From assembly GCA_024686055.1 (NCBI GenBank), contig JAIBDV010000001.1, positions 1-36,831 of the forward strand: 36,831 nucleotides of DNA, written 5' to 3'. The first letter of the stretch is position 1; every line of letters begins with the position of its first letter. Under the pieces are notes generated by a model. That model saw only the letters and a list, made by a program, of their open reading frames with translations. It made no database searches and was not told the DNA's origin. Made by a program: the position numbers and the translations under genes. Below are positions 1 through 9,332 of the stretch, in pieces. This DNA is from Neptuniibacter sp. Lineage in GTDB: Bacteria > Pseudomonadota > Gammaproteobacteria > Pseudomonadales > Balneatricaceae.

Positions 1-957
1 AACGGCTATCACTGCGCATCCGCTTACGCGGACCCACAAGGAAAGTCTCACCACTGTGACCCAGCCCAGCGGCGGCCCATTTACCCTCATAGGTCATCAA
101 CGCATTGATACGTCCAACCGGCATCTGAAAAATCAGGGTGCCAACCCGTTCCCCTTCGACCAGTACCGGGGTCGCCATAAACGCGGCATGGTCATTATAG
201 GATGGGGCATAGGCGGAAAAATCTTCTACCACGACCGATTGCTTCCCCCCAGGGCACGTGAACGCTTAAATACCCGCCCCAGACCTGAATCTGCAAACGG
301 GCCATCACTTAATGACGAGGCAAAATCCAGCTCCTTCAATACGGAGTAAACAACCGTACCGGTCTGATCATCAACCAGGAAAATATCACTGAAGCCAAAT
401 TGCTGAAGAAAGTAGCGAAAAGCAGGATGGTAACGCTGATGCGCATCGTCATAACCCGAGCCATCCTGGTGGCTGACAAATTTATCTTTCTGCCCGAGGG
501 GCTCTGGGTTGGCAGCGATATAACGGTACTGCATCAATTGGGAAGCCGGGCTTAGCTGCCGATGACTGGCGGCAGGCAAGGTGCTACCGGTGGCATTACG
601 TTTACCGAATTCAGCCAGATACTCCTGCTGGTAGTAGCTCTGTAGTGCTGAATCCAGCTGGCCTCGCTCTGCCACCGCAGGCACAGCCTTCGCCATCGTG
701 GACGAAAAATTGACCAGCGCATCCACGGTCGTGGGATTGTAGGCAAGGGCTTTTAACTGGCCAGAAATCGTACGGAAGTAAGCTTCGATCTGTGTTTTCT
801 TAGCGGTCTGGCGGGCCACCAGATTGCTCTGTATCTCAGCGTACAAAGCATCCCTGGCACTATTGAACGAATGATAACTGGTATAACCTGTCGCAATCAG
901 CAAAGGTACAACGGCCAGTACAATCGCCGTGATGGATAGTCTCGTCCTGATTTTCAC
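1..957 (-). pseudogene. dCache-sensor receptor, probably a methyl-accepting chemotaxis protein (N-terminal part only, runs off the window); reading frame broken at a G6 tract
   Basis: GTG at 957 preceded by AGGAGGAG (963-970). N-terminal TM helix, then a periplasmic sensor with motifs typical of these receptors (YHPAFRYFLQQFGFSDIFLVD, VVYSVLKELDFASSL). The frame stops at 226, but the expected continuation (VVEDFSAYAPSYNDHAAFMATPV...GTLIFQMPVGRINALMT...GLGHSGETFLVGP..MRSDSR) is open in another frame after C6 at 245-250. The signalling domain is not in the window. Confidence 0.8.
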
Positions 958-1075
958 GGTCTCTCCTCCTGATCGACTCTTTATGCACCTGAATAGCCAG
1001 GCGGCCACCGGTGCAGATACGGTGAGTCATCACAGCATAGTCGCTCTATGTCGAGTCGACCGGGAAGAGGGAACT

Positions 1076-2053
1076 TTAATTTGTCTCAGGGCGAATGTGG
1101 GCATTGACCAGGTGGCGCTGCCAGAAACTCTCATCCCGGCGGGCAACCCAGCGTGTCATCAGGCCAATCACCAGCACAGAAAACAACAGACGCAGCCACA
1201 AGATACCGCTGAGATCAGCACCGAGCACCATCACCAGAATGGTATCTTCAATCAGGCTATGGCTGAGCGCCAGAAAGCCCATGGCCGCAAAAACATCACG
1301 TTCAGGCACATGTCCGGCACGCACTTCTTTAATCAGTAATCCACCACCAAATGCCAGTCCCAGGGTGGCCCCGACAATGGTAATAGTAGTTGCCTGAGGG
1401 CCGATATTCAGTAGCCGCAGTAGCGGTTTCAGCAGCCAGGCCATCAACCGCTCAACGCCCACCAGTTTGAGTACTTTGAGCGCTGTCAGCAGTACAATAA
1501 TAATCAGCTGTACCATCAGCAGACTTTCTGCCTGAGAACTGAGCCAGCCCGACCAGCTGTTGTCCACTGACTCGGGCTGCCACAACAGCTGATTTTCCTG
1601 CTGTAGCCAGTCTCCCGCCTGATAGATCCGGTATTGCATCCAGCCCAGCAACAGGCCGCCACCAATACGCAGCAACAGGCTAACCCGGACCCGGATGCCC
1701 GCCTGCTGGGCAATACGCACTTCCACAGGCAAGCCATGGGCAAATAGCAACAGCGTACTGAGCACCGTCACCTGAGCAACACTTAAGGGATCGCCCTGGC
1801 TGAGCTGGAAGAACACAATCATGCCAGCATAGATATTGGTCAGCATGGTGGTGGCCCAGACCAGCCCCATTTCCTCTGGCAAACCCACCAGCTGCATCAC
1901 CGGCCCCAGTAACTGACCGAGAATAGCCACCCCGCCCAGCTCTTCCAGTACCTTCACCACCAGCAAGGTTGGGATCATCAATTTAAACAGTGTCCAGGAA
2001 ACGTCCCAGATCTCCTGTGTCAGCTCAGCAAAAAACAGCCTTATCCGCGCCAC
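1076..2053 (-). CDS. Polytopic membrane protein of nucleoside-recognition (Gate) domain type, function unknown
   Basis: 325 aa, hydrophobic, with two related halves (LLGPVMQLVGLP...AHGLPVE and LLKPLLRLLNIG...SHSLIED). GTG start with AAGGAG RBS at 2062-2067. Confidence 0.75.
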   Translation of the reverse strand: MARIRLFFAELTQEIWDVSWTLFKLMIPTLLVVKVLEELGGVAILGQLLGPVMQLVGLPEEMGLVWATTMLTNIYAGMIVFFQLSQGDPLSVAQVTVLSTLLLFAHGLPVEVRIAQQAGIRVRVSLLLRIGGGLLLGWMQYRIYQAGDWLQQENQLLWQPESVDNSWSGWLSSQAESLLMVQLIIIVLLTALKVLKLVGVERLMAWLLKPLLRLLNIGPQATTITIVGATLGLAFGGGLLIKEVRAGHVPERDVFAAMGFLALSHSLIEDTILVMVLGADLSGILWLRLLFSVLVIGLMTRWVARRDESFWQRHLVNAHIRPETN

Positions 2054-2103
2054 CGCCGGTACTCCTTGTCTGCACCAAAACGGCGCATAGTACCGACACT
2101 GCC

Positions 2104-3336
2104 TTACAATGAAAACCCTGACTGCACGGGCCCTTGATACTCGGGTAACTTCAGCGTCAGCAGTAATGCAATCAGCAGCATAATTGCCGAACCCGCCAGG
2201 CAGGCTTCAATCCCCCAGGCCTGAAACAGCCCCCCCGACAGCAAGGTACCCAACAGCCGGCCACTGGCATTGGCCATGTAGTAGAAGCCCACATCCATGG
2301 ACGTGCCTTCTTCGCGGGCGTAACTGATAATCAGATAACTGTGCAATGAAGAATTAATGGCAAAGCAGATGCCGAACAGCATCAGCCCGGTCAGTAATAC
2401 CCAGTGTGGATTCCAGGGCAGCGCCAGCGCAATGGCAGCAGGGATCAGTGTCAGCAACCCCACCCAGCTGATCGCAACACCCCGACCCGGCACCCGTCCC
2501 TGTTTTTTTCCGGTCAGCCAGGGCGCAGCGACCTGCACCAGACCATAGGCAATCACCCAGCTGGCCAGAAAGCCTCCCACCTGCCAGTGATCCCAGCCAA
2601 ACTGCTGACTCAGATAGACCGGCAACGCGACCACAAACCAGATATCCCGCGCGCCAAACAGAAACAGCCGGGCCGCCGAGAGCCAGTTCACAGCAGCGCT
2701 GGTGGAAAACATTTCACTGAATTTTGGCTTCGCTTTGCTACGGCCCAGATCTTTCTGCAGAAACACCAGGCTGCTGAGTAAGACCAGCGCCAGCATGGCG
2801 ATCATCAGCCATAGCGCGCCACTGAAACCAAACCCACCTAACAATGCACCACCAAGGAAAAAGCCAACTCCCTTGAGGGTGTTTTTCGACCCCGTCAGTA
2901 CCGCCACCGCGCGAAAAAGACGGCTTTCCCCCGCCTCTCCGGCCAGTTTTGTCAGCTGTTTAACCGAGCTCTTGGCACTCATCTTGTTCAGATCTTTAGC
3001 AATGCCCGACAGTGCCTGAGCCAGCATCACCCAGCCAATCGTCAGCCATTCAGGTGGCACTGTCAGCATCAACAACGCAATGACCTGCAAACCCAGGCCG
3101 ATGTTCATAATGCGGTTCAGGCCGATGCGTGCCCCCAGCCAGCCCCCCACCAGATTGGTGACAATGCCGAAAAACTCATAAAACAGAAACAGCATAGCGA
3201 TGGCCAGAGGGCCATAACCCAGCTGGTGAAAATGCAGCACCACCAGCATCCGTAAAGCGCCATCGGTCAGCGTAAACGCCCAGTAATTGCCCGTCACCAG
3301 CATATACTGGCGCAGTTCAGTGCTGCTCACCGCCAT
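2104..3336 (-). CDS. arsJ: Organoarsenical efflux MFS transporter ArsJ
   Basis: Characteristic N-terminus QYMLVTGNYWAFTLTDGALRMLVVLHFH, plus SGIAKDLNKMSAKS and LTGSKNTLKGVGFF; lies directly downstream of an ars-type GAPDH. Confidence 0.95.
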   Translation of the reverse strand: MAVSSTELRQYMLVTGNYWAFTLTDGALRMLVVLHFHQLGYGPLAIAMLFLFYEFFGIVTNLVGGWLGARIGLNRIMNIGLGLQVIALLMLTVPPEWLTIGWVMLAQALSGIAKDLNKMSAKSSVKQLTKLAGEAGESRLFRAVAVLTGSKNTLKGVGFFLGGALLGGFGFSGALWLMIAMLALVLLSSLVFLQKDLGRSKAKPKFSEMFSTSAAVNWLSAARLFLFGARDIWFVVALPVYLSQQFGWDHWQVGGFLASWVIAYGLVQVAAPWLTGKKQGRVPGRGVAISWVGLLTLIPAAIALALPWNPHWVLLTGLMLFGICFAINSSLHSYLIISYAREEGTSMDVGFYYMANASGRLLGTLLSGGLFQAWGIEACLAGSAIMLLIALLLTLKLPEYQGPVQSGFSL

Positions 3337-3339
3337 CGT

Positions 3340-4344
3340 TTAGCCCTGCGTCATGATGTAACGGGCCAGCTCCATGGTGCGCTTTACATAGCCCCATTCA
3401 TTGTCATACCAGACGTACAGTTTCAGCTGGCGTTTGTTGATCACCATGGTCGAGAGCGCATCGACAATGGCCGAACGCGGATCCGTACGGTAATCAATCG
3501 ACACCAGCGGCCGTTCTTCATAACCCAGTACACCGGCCAGCTCGTTCTGCGCTGCCGTTTTGAACAGCTGATTTACCTCTTCCTCCGTGGTATCGCGTTT
3601 AAGCTCAAAGACCATATCGGTCAGCGAAGCATTGGCCAGCGGCACCCGCACAGCATGGCCATTGAGCTTACCGGTCAGCTCAGGGAAGATCTCAGTAATG
3701 GCTTTGGCGGACCCCGTCGTGGTCGGAATCAGGCTCATACCGCAAGCACGGGCACGGCGCAGATCCTTGTGGGGCGCGTCCAGAATGGTCTGGGTGTTGG
3801 TAATGTCGTGGATGGTAGTCATTGAGCCATGCTCAATCCCTATCTGCTGCTGAATCACCTTGATCACCGGGGCCAGGCAGTTGGTAGTACAGGACGCTGC
3901 CGTCACAATCCGATGCTGTTCAGCCTCGAACAGCTGATGGTTAACCCCCATCACCAGATTAAGCGCCCCTTCCTCTTTGACTGGTGCTGTCACCAGCACA
4001 CGCTGAACGCCCTGGTCCAGATACTGCTGTAACTGGCTGACCTGTTTAAATACACCACTGGCTTCAACCACCAGATCACAGCCAGACCAGTCCGTGCCAT
4101 TAATATCCGTGTTGGCACTGAAACGCATTGCCTGCGCCCCTACCCGGATACAGTCACCTTCAGCCACAGCTTCATGGGACCAGGTACCATGGACTGAATC
4201 AAAATTAAGCAGGTGCGCAAAGGTCTGCGCATCCCCAGCCGGATCATTAATCTGCACAAACTCAATATCAGCCCAGTCCCAGGCGGCCCGTAATACCAGC
4301 CGTCCCATACGGCCAAAGCCGTTGATACCTACTTTGATTGTCAT
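3340..4344 (-). CDS. gapdh: ArsJ-associated glyceraldehyde-3-phosphate dehydrogenase
   Basis: [10 protein letters not shown] Rossmann motif, ASCTTNC catalytic motif, [30 protein letters not shown] typical of the ars-linked clade; sits between arsR and arsJ. Confidence 0.95.
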   Translation of the reverse strand: MTIKVGINGFGRMGRLVLRAAWDWADIEFVQINDPAGDAQTFAHLLNFDSVHGTWSHEAVAEGDCIRVGAQAMRFSANTDINGTDWSGCDLVVEASGVFKQVSQLQQYLDQGVQRVLVTAPVKEEGALNLVMGVNHQLFEAEQHRIVTAASCTTNCLAPVIKVIQQQIGIEHGSMTTIHDITNTQTILDAPHKDLRRARACGMSLIPTTTGSAKAITEIFPELTGKLNGHAVRVPLANASLTDMVFELKRDTTEEEVNQLFKTAAQNELAGVLGYEERPLVSIDYRTDPRSAIVDALSTMVINKRQLKLYVWYDNEWGYVKRTMELARYIMTQG

Positions 4345-4381
4345 CGTCAGATCATCTCTCAGAATGTGGTTAAGTTAAGTC

Positions 4382-4738
4382 TCAGCAACAGGCTGCATCT
4401 CGTTCCGGCCGCTCGCCCATCTGTGCCAGCCGGGCCGCCGAAGCGATCAGTAGATCAGGGTTTCCTTGCTGCGTTGTCTGCAACAACAGGTTGACCCACG
4501 CTGGCAGTTGAGGGTGCAACCGATAAAAAATCCACTGGCCCTGGCGCCGGTCCTGTAATAAGCCGCAGTGACGCAGTTGCGCCAGATGGCGAGAGACCTT
4601 TGGCTGCGAGGCATCCAGTGCACAGGTCAGTTCACACACACACAGCTCGCCCTCCGCCTGTAGCAGCAAGCTCATTACCAGTCGGGTTTCGTCAGCAAGG
4701 CATTTAAATAACAGTACCGGATCAAGATGAAGGGACAT
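4382..4738 (-). CDS. arsR: As(III)-responsive ArsR/SmtB family repressor
   Basis: FKCLADETRL, ELCVCEL metal site and SQPKVSRHLAQLR HTH. ATG at 4738 (TTG at 4741 is an alternative). Confidence 0.93.
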   Translation of the reverse strand: MSLHLDPVLLFKCLADETRLVMSLLLQAEGELCVCELTCALDASQPKVSRHLAQLRHCGLLQDRRQGQWIFYRLHPQLPAWVNLLLQTTQQGNPDLLIASAARLAQMGERPERDAACC

Positions 4739-4793
4739 CAAATGGCAGCCATTAGCTCAGAGGTGAAGCCAGAGCATAGCACTGCAAATACGC

Positions 4794-4813
4794 ATATAAC
4801 AATATCCATATAT
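4794..4813. promoter_or_regulatory. Candidate ArsR operator
   Basis: AT-rich imperfect palindrome ATATA-ACAATATCCA-TATAT about 55 bp upstream of arsR; ArsR proteins autorepress through such sites. The arms are short. Confidence 0.45.
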
Positions 4814-4997
4814 AATAATAAGAACCTGGCAACCTGTTTGAGCTATCCACTGGCAGAATTTACCGCGACTACGGCACAAATCTGTCAGGCCCCAGCAAGC
4901 TGCTCTTTAGATTTGTGCTTCGCCACCAGATCAACAGTAATATTAAACAGATACGCCATAAAGGTATAAACAGCAAGACCATGACAACGCTGCGTAG

Positions 4998-5468
4998 CTA
5001 ACCAACACAAGGCTCGCAGCGGACATCCGTTTTCACCGAATTTGCAATAAAGCAGGCGTCATGGGCTCGATGATGCAGTTTAAGTAACGCTTCAGCACTC
5101 GGCTGTTCTCCCCCAAAACAGACCTTCGGACGCAACACCACCTCCGTCATCGCCATCCGACCCTGGGCATCCTTCGCCAGGGTTCCCACAACCTGGTCCA
5201 CATAGCGGTCAATAATCCAGCCCGCTCGCGACGCAAAATCCAGAAAAAACAGCATATGACAACTGGCCAGCGAGGCAACAAACGCCTCCTCCGGGTCCAC
5301 ATTTTCTGCCACCGACATCGGTACAGGAACGATATGGGGTGACGATGATGCGGGCACAACCACACCGCCATCAAACAGCCATTCATGACGTCGACTGTAG
5401 GTATGGCTGAGAAAGTCCTGCCCATGACGTTGCCAGTCTACCGTTGCAAAATATTCGGACATTTTCAT
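4998..5468 (-). CDS. OsmC/Ohr family protein (putative peroxidase)
   Basis: DPEEAFVASLASCHML and HDACFIANSV carry the two conserved Cys; AAGGAG RBS. Confidence 0.9.
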   Translation of the reverse strand: MKMSEYFATVDWQRHGQDFLSHTYSRRHEWLFDGGVVVPASSSPHIVPVPMSVAENVDPEEAFVASLASCHMLFFLDFASRAGWIIDRYVDQVVGTLAKDAQGRMAMTEVVLRPKVCFGGEQPSAEALLKLHHRAHDACFIANSVKTDVRCEPCVG

Positions 5469-5557
5469 ACTCCTTTACTGACAGGGTGTGATGACAAATC
5501 AGGCCTCATTGTGCGTTGGCCTGCAGCCATAAACAAAGGATAATCCGTCACACTTAC

Positions 5558-5572
5558 TTAACTAAAACTCAT
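5558..5572. promoter_or_regulatory. Candidate LysR T-N11-A box between osmC-like and lysR genes
   Basis: TTAACTAAAACTCAT (T5559-N11-A5571) abuts the LysR start codon, as expected for an autoregulated divergent LysR pair. Confidence 0.5.
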
Positions 5573-5575
5573 ATC

Positions 5576-6478
5576 ATGCTGTTATCCCGTATATCACTCG
5601 CTGCTTTACGCACCTTTGCCGAGGTATCTCGCCAGCAAAGCCTGAGCAAGGCAGCCATTCAGCTGCATATCAGTCAGAGCGCTGTCAGCCACCAGATGAA
5701 ACTGTTAGAACAACAGCTTGGAGTCATACTCTTTACGCGTAAGTCTCGCGGCATCAAACTGACTGATGCAGGCTTTCTACTGGCCAACCACGCAAGCAAG
5801 GCGATGCTGCAGCTGGAGAACGGACTGCAACAAGCCTGCCAGCAACAGCAATCTCGACTGTGCATCGCAATCATTCCCGCCCTGTGCCAGCACTGGCTAA
5901 TCCCACGTCTTGCTGACTTTTACCAGCACCACCCTCATATTGAATTACAGCTGCTGCAACAAGACACACTGGCGGACTTCAATCAGCAACAGGTCGACCT
6001 TCATTTACACTTTGGCCATGGTGAATCTGTTGGACTGAACAGTCAGTTATTGATGGCCGAGCGAGCTGTTCCAGTTTGCAGCCCAGGACTGTTGCTCCAG
6101 CACGAAACCCCTCAGGCATTACTTCAGGCAGATAGAACCCGCCGCCTACACTATCAGGCGGGGGAAGAAGACCTGCCGGGAGGGTTAAGCTGGAACGGCT
6201 GGTTCAATCAGGCAGGCGGAGAGGTTAACCCACATCAACCTGTGACTCGCTTTAGCCACCTGGGATCGGCGCTAACAGCAGCCTGTACAGGCCTGGGAAT
6301 AGTGCTGGCGTGGCAGCAATTGATTGAGCCTGAACTGGCGCGTGGCGAACTGATACCACTCAGTGACACCAGAATTTCGCTTAAATACAGCTATTATGCT
6401 GTCGCTCCGGCGCATCACTTCGAGCGAGAAAGCGTTGATACGTTTCTCAACTGGCTTATGAGGCATTGCGCGCAATAA
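5576..6478 (+). CDS. LysR family regulator, GcvA-like
   Basis: HTH LRTFAEVSRQQSLSKAAIQLHISQSAVSHQMKLLEQQLG, plus WLIPRLADF and PVCSP. ATG at 5576 puts the HTH at the N-terminus; the ORF-track start at 5516 looks over-extended. Confidence 0.92.
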   Translation: MLLSRISLAALRTFAEVSRQQSLSKAAIQLHISQSAVSHQMKLLEQQLGVILFTRKSRGIKLTDAGFLLANHASKAMLQLENGLQQACQQQQSRLCIAIIPALCQHWLIPRLADFYQHHPHIELQLLQQDTLADFNQQQVDLHLHFGHGESVGLNSQLLMAERAVPVCSPGLLLQHETPQALLQADRTRRLHYQAGEEDLPGGLSWNGWFNQAGGEVNPHQPVTRFSHLGSALTAACTGLGIVLAWQQLIEPELARGELIPLSDTRISLKYSYYAVAPAHHFERESVDTFLNWLMRHCAQ

Positions 6479-6510
6479 CCCCGCAGCCATCCACACCGCG
6501 CGATAAAACC

Positions 6511-6536
6511 AAAAAAGCCACCCGAAGGTGGCTTTT
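6511..6536. terminator. Bidirectional rho-independent terminator
   Basis: AAAAAAGCCACC-CGAA-GGTGGCTTTT between the convergent lysR and sthA genes. Confidence 0.9.
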
Positions 6537-6556
6537 AGCAATATCACAGAATCCGC

Positions 6557-7957
6557 TTACAGATTCGCAACCCGATTCAAGCCGGCAATCGCGGCTACCC
6601 GGTAGGCTTCCGCCATAGTCGGGTAGTTGAAGGTCGTATTGATGAAGTACTTGATGGTATTGGCTTCACCCTGCTGATGCATGATCGCCTGACCGATATG
6701 TACGATCTCAGATGCCTGGTCACCAAAACAGTGAATACCCAGGATCTGTAAGGTTTCACGGTGGAACAGCAGCTTGAGCATGCCAACCGGCTGACCGGAT
6801 ATTTGCGCTCGGGCGGTATCTTTAAAGAACGCCTGGCCCGCTTCATACGGCACACACTCAGCGGTCAGCTCTTCTTCGGTTTTACCGATGGAGCTGATCT
6901 CTGGAATGGTATAAATACCCGTTGGCACTTCGTTGATGTAACGGAAGTCATCGGTTTTCAACAGATCAGCTGCTGCTGCACGGCCCTGATCCAGCGCTGC
7001 AGACGCAAGGCTTGGCCAGCCGATAACATCTCCTACCGCATAGATACCCTCTACCGAAGTACGGTAGTGATCATCTACATTAAGCTGGCCACGGCTGTTC
7101 GCTTCCAGACCAATGTTACCCAGCTTGATCTTATCGGTATTGCCAGTACGGCCATTACACCAGAGGAACGCATCGGCACGGATTTTTTTACCGGATTTAA
7201 GGGTCATGGTCACACCATGGGTATCCCCTGTAATGGCTTCATATTCCTCGTTATGACGAATTTTCACCGCGTTGTTACGCAGGTGATAACTCAATGCATC
7301 AGAAATTTCACCATCCAGGAAGGACAGCAGCCGATCCCGGTTGTCGATCAGATCAACCTTCACCCCCAGCCCACTGAAAATAGAAGCATATTCACAGCCA
7401 ATAACACCCGCGCCATAAATAATCAGCGTGCGCGGTGTATGATTCAGCTTGAGGATGGTGTCAGAGTTGTAGATACGTGGATGGGTGAAATCCACATCGG
7501 CCGGGCAGTAAGGGCGAGAACCACTGGCAATCACGACATTTTTGGCCCGCAGGGTCTCGTCCCCTTTCACCGTGCCAGTCACCATGACAGTATTAGCATC
7601 AGCAAACTCTGCGCTGCCAAAGAACACATCACAGCGATTGCGCGCATAGAAGTTCGTGCGCAGCATCACCTGATTAGACATGACCTTTTCAGCACGGCTG
7701 AGAACACGCGGAAAGGAGAACCAGCGCGGCTCACCGATATCACGGAACATTGGGTTAGTATTGAATTCGATGATCTGACGTACGGAATGACGTAGCGCCT
7801 TGGAAGGGATGGTTCCCTTGTGGGTGCAGTTGCCCCCGACCGAACTCTGCTCTTCTACTACGGCTACACGCTTGCCATGCTTGGCAGCATTCATTGCAGC
7901 ACCTTCACCGGCAGGCCCGGATCCGATCACGATTACATCGTAGTCGTACACAGCCAT
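6557..7957 (-). CDS. sthA: Soluble pyridine nucleotide transhydrogenase
   Basis: [34 protein letters not shown] (only one Cys at the redox site) and [14 protein letters not shown]. Confidence 0.96.
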   Translation of the reverse strand: MAVYDYDVIVIGSGPAGEGAAMNAAKHGKRVAVVEEQSSVGGNCTHKGTIPSKALRHSVRQIIEFNTNPMFRDIGEPRWFSFPRVLSRAEKVMSNQVMLRTNFYARNRCDVFFGSAEFADANTVMVTGTVKGDETLRAKNVVIASGSRPYCPADVDFTHPRIYNSDTILKLNHTPRTLIIYGAGVIGCEYASIFSGLGVKVDLIDNRDRLLSFLDGEISDALSYHLRNNAVKIRHNEEYEAITGDTHGVTMTLKSGKKIRADAFLWCNGRTGNTDKIKLGNIGLEANSRGQLNVDDHYRTSVEGIYAVGDVIGWPSLASAALDQGRAAAADLLKTDDFRYINEVPTGIYTIPEISSIGKTEEELTAECVPYEAGQAFFKDTARAQISGQPVGMLKLLFHRETLQILGIHCFGDQASEIVHIGQAIMHQQGEANTIKYFINTTFNYPTMAEAYRVAAIAGLNRVANL

Positions 7958-8006
7958 CGTTTTCCCCTATCTGTGAGTATCCTATTGATTTTTTTAGTAT
8001 TTATAC

Positions 8007-8033
8007 ACCCGACGCAGCCTAGCTGCGGCGGGT
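8007..8033. other. GC-rich hairpin between nqrM and sthA
   Basis: Minus strand ACCCGCCGCAG-CTAGG-CTGCGTCGGGT with one mismatch and no U-tract; could stabilise the mRNA or act as a weak terminator. Confidence 0.5.
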
Positions 8034-8044
8034 TCTTCACTCAA

Positions 8045-8287
8045 TTAGCTTTTAGCCTTAACTTCGGTAGCCAGGTCCAGATTGTCGTTACTACCGCCAG
8101 CCAGACGTTCCTGCTCATCCTCACACTTTTGTGGGTTGCCACCACAGATGGTGCACGCCGTATCCATCTTCAGCGCCGCCATACCGCCACAGGATCCTGC
8201 AATCGGCTTACCCCCCAACAACACACCTACCGACATACCGATAATCACCAGCGCCAGCACAGCTAACGTCATAAACATGATTTCCAC
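8045..8287 (-). CDS. nqrM: Na+-NQR maturation protein NqrM (DUF539)
   Basis: Single TM helix followed by PIAGSCGG...CTICGG...C; directly follows apbE. Confidence 0.92.
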   Translation of the reverse strand: MEIMFMTLAVLALVIIGMSVGVLLGGKPIAGSCGGMAALKMDTACTICGGNPQKCEDEQERLAGGSNDNLDLATEVKAKS

Positions 8288-8291
8288 AGTC

Positions 8292-9326
8292 TTACTCCTG
8301 AGAATCGAGAAATTTAGAAAAGCCCGGGGTCATACGTACCTTGAAGCCATCATCGGCTTTCACAATAAAGTACGCCTCTATCCCCTGAGCAATGGCAAAT
8401 GCATACCCTGCCTCATCACCCATCACCGTTAGCGCTGTAGCATAGGCATCCGCCCGGGCACAGCTCGCTGTAATCACCGTAACCGATGCCAGTTTATGGC
8501 TGATCGGCTTGCCGGTGTTCGGGTCGATGGTGTGGGAAAAACGTACGCCATCCTGCTCAAAATAGTTCCGGTAATCACCGGAGGTTGCTACCGCATTGGT
8601 CCCCGGCATAATCACACCCTGAACACTACGTTCAGTGATATCCGGCCGTTCAATGGCGACACGCCAGGGCTGATTATCCGGTTTGCTACCTGCCAGCCGC
8701 ATCTCGCCACCGATCTCGACCAGATAACGTTTGATGCCTTGCCGTTCAAGTAACTGAGCAATTATATCAACTGCGTAGCCTTTCGCGATGGCGGACAGGT
8801 CAATATAAATGCCAGCATGGCGCCGGGCACGCTTAGCCACTGCATCCAGCTCCAGCTGCTGGTAGCCAATACGGGGACGCAGGCGCTCAATCTCAGCCTC
8901 GCTCGGGGCTTTTGTAACCCGACCATCCGGGCCAAATCCCCACAGATTAACCAGTGGGCCCACCGTACTGTCAAACTGACCGGCACTCTGCTCGCTGATC
9001 AGGTTGGCCAGTGATAACACCTCCAGCAGACGCTCTGATACCGGAAGCCACTGCCCAACAGGCTGTCGGTTAAGCAATGATAATTCTGAGCTGTCGATAT
9101 AGGTCGACATGCTGTTGTTAATGGCGACCAGCTCGGCTGACACGGCCTGTTGCAAGGCAGCACTGTCTGATTCGGCTGAGACCCATTTAATGCTGTAGCT
9201 TGTGCCCATGGTCAAACCATTGAGGGAGCGCACCTGCTCCGGCGTATCAAAGCTACAGGCCGTAATAAAGAAAACGGCCAGCAGCAAAGCTGCGGGCCGT
9301 TTCAGTGCGTTTAAAAATTCACGCAT
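8292..9326 (-). CDS. apbE: FAD:protein FMN transferase (lipoprotein)
   Basis: Lipobox ITAC, TMGTSYS, DLSAIAKGYAVD, ATSGDYRNYF and ADAYATA. Confidence 0.96.
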   Translation of the reverse strand: MREFLNALKRPAALLLAVFFITACSFDTPEQVRSLNGLTMGTSYSIKWVSAESDSAALQQAVSAELVAINNSMSTYIDSSELSLLNRQPVGQWLPVSERLLEVLSLANLISEQSAGQFDSTVGPLVNLWGFGPDGRVTKAPSEAEIERLRPRIGYQQLELDAVAKRARRHAGIYIDLSAIAKGYAVDIIAQLLERQGIKRYLVEIGGEMRLAGSKPDNQPWRVAIERPDITERSVQGVIMPGTNAVATSGDYRNYFEQDGVRFSHTIDPNTGKPISHKLASVTVITASCARADAYATALTVMGDEAGYAFAIAQGIEAYFIVKADDGFKVRMTPGFSKFLDSQE

Positions 9327-9332
9327 TTGGTA

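Noticed and set aside
1050-1078. Possible sigma28 promoter for the chemoreceptor (TAAAGTT...GTCGAC)
   Set aside because: Spacing is two bases shorter than the TAAA-N15-GCCGATAA geometry and the -10 match is poor.
4727-4969. 80-aa ORF divergent from arsR
   Set aside because: Overlaps the arsR start and operator region, has no RBS and no protein-like features.
6761-7795. 344-aa ORF on the + strand
   Set aside because: Fully antisense to sthA; a shadow ORF from codon bias with no recognisable motif or RBS.
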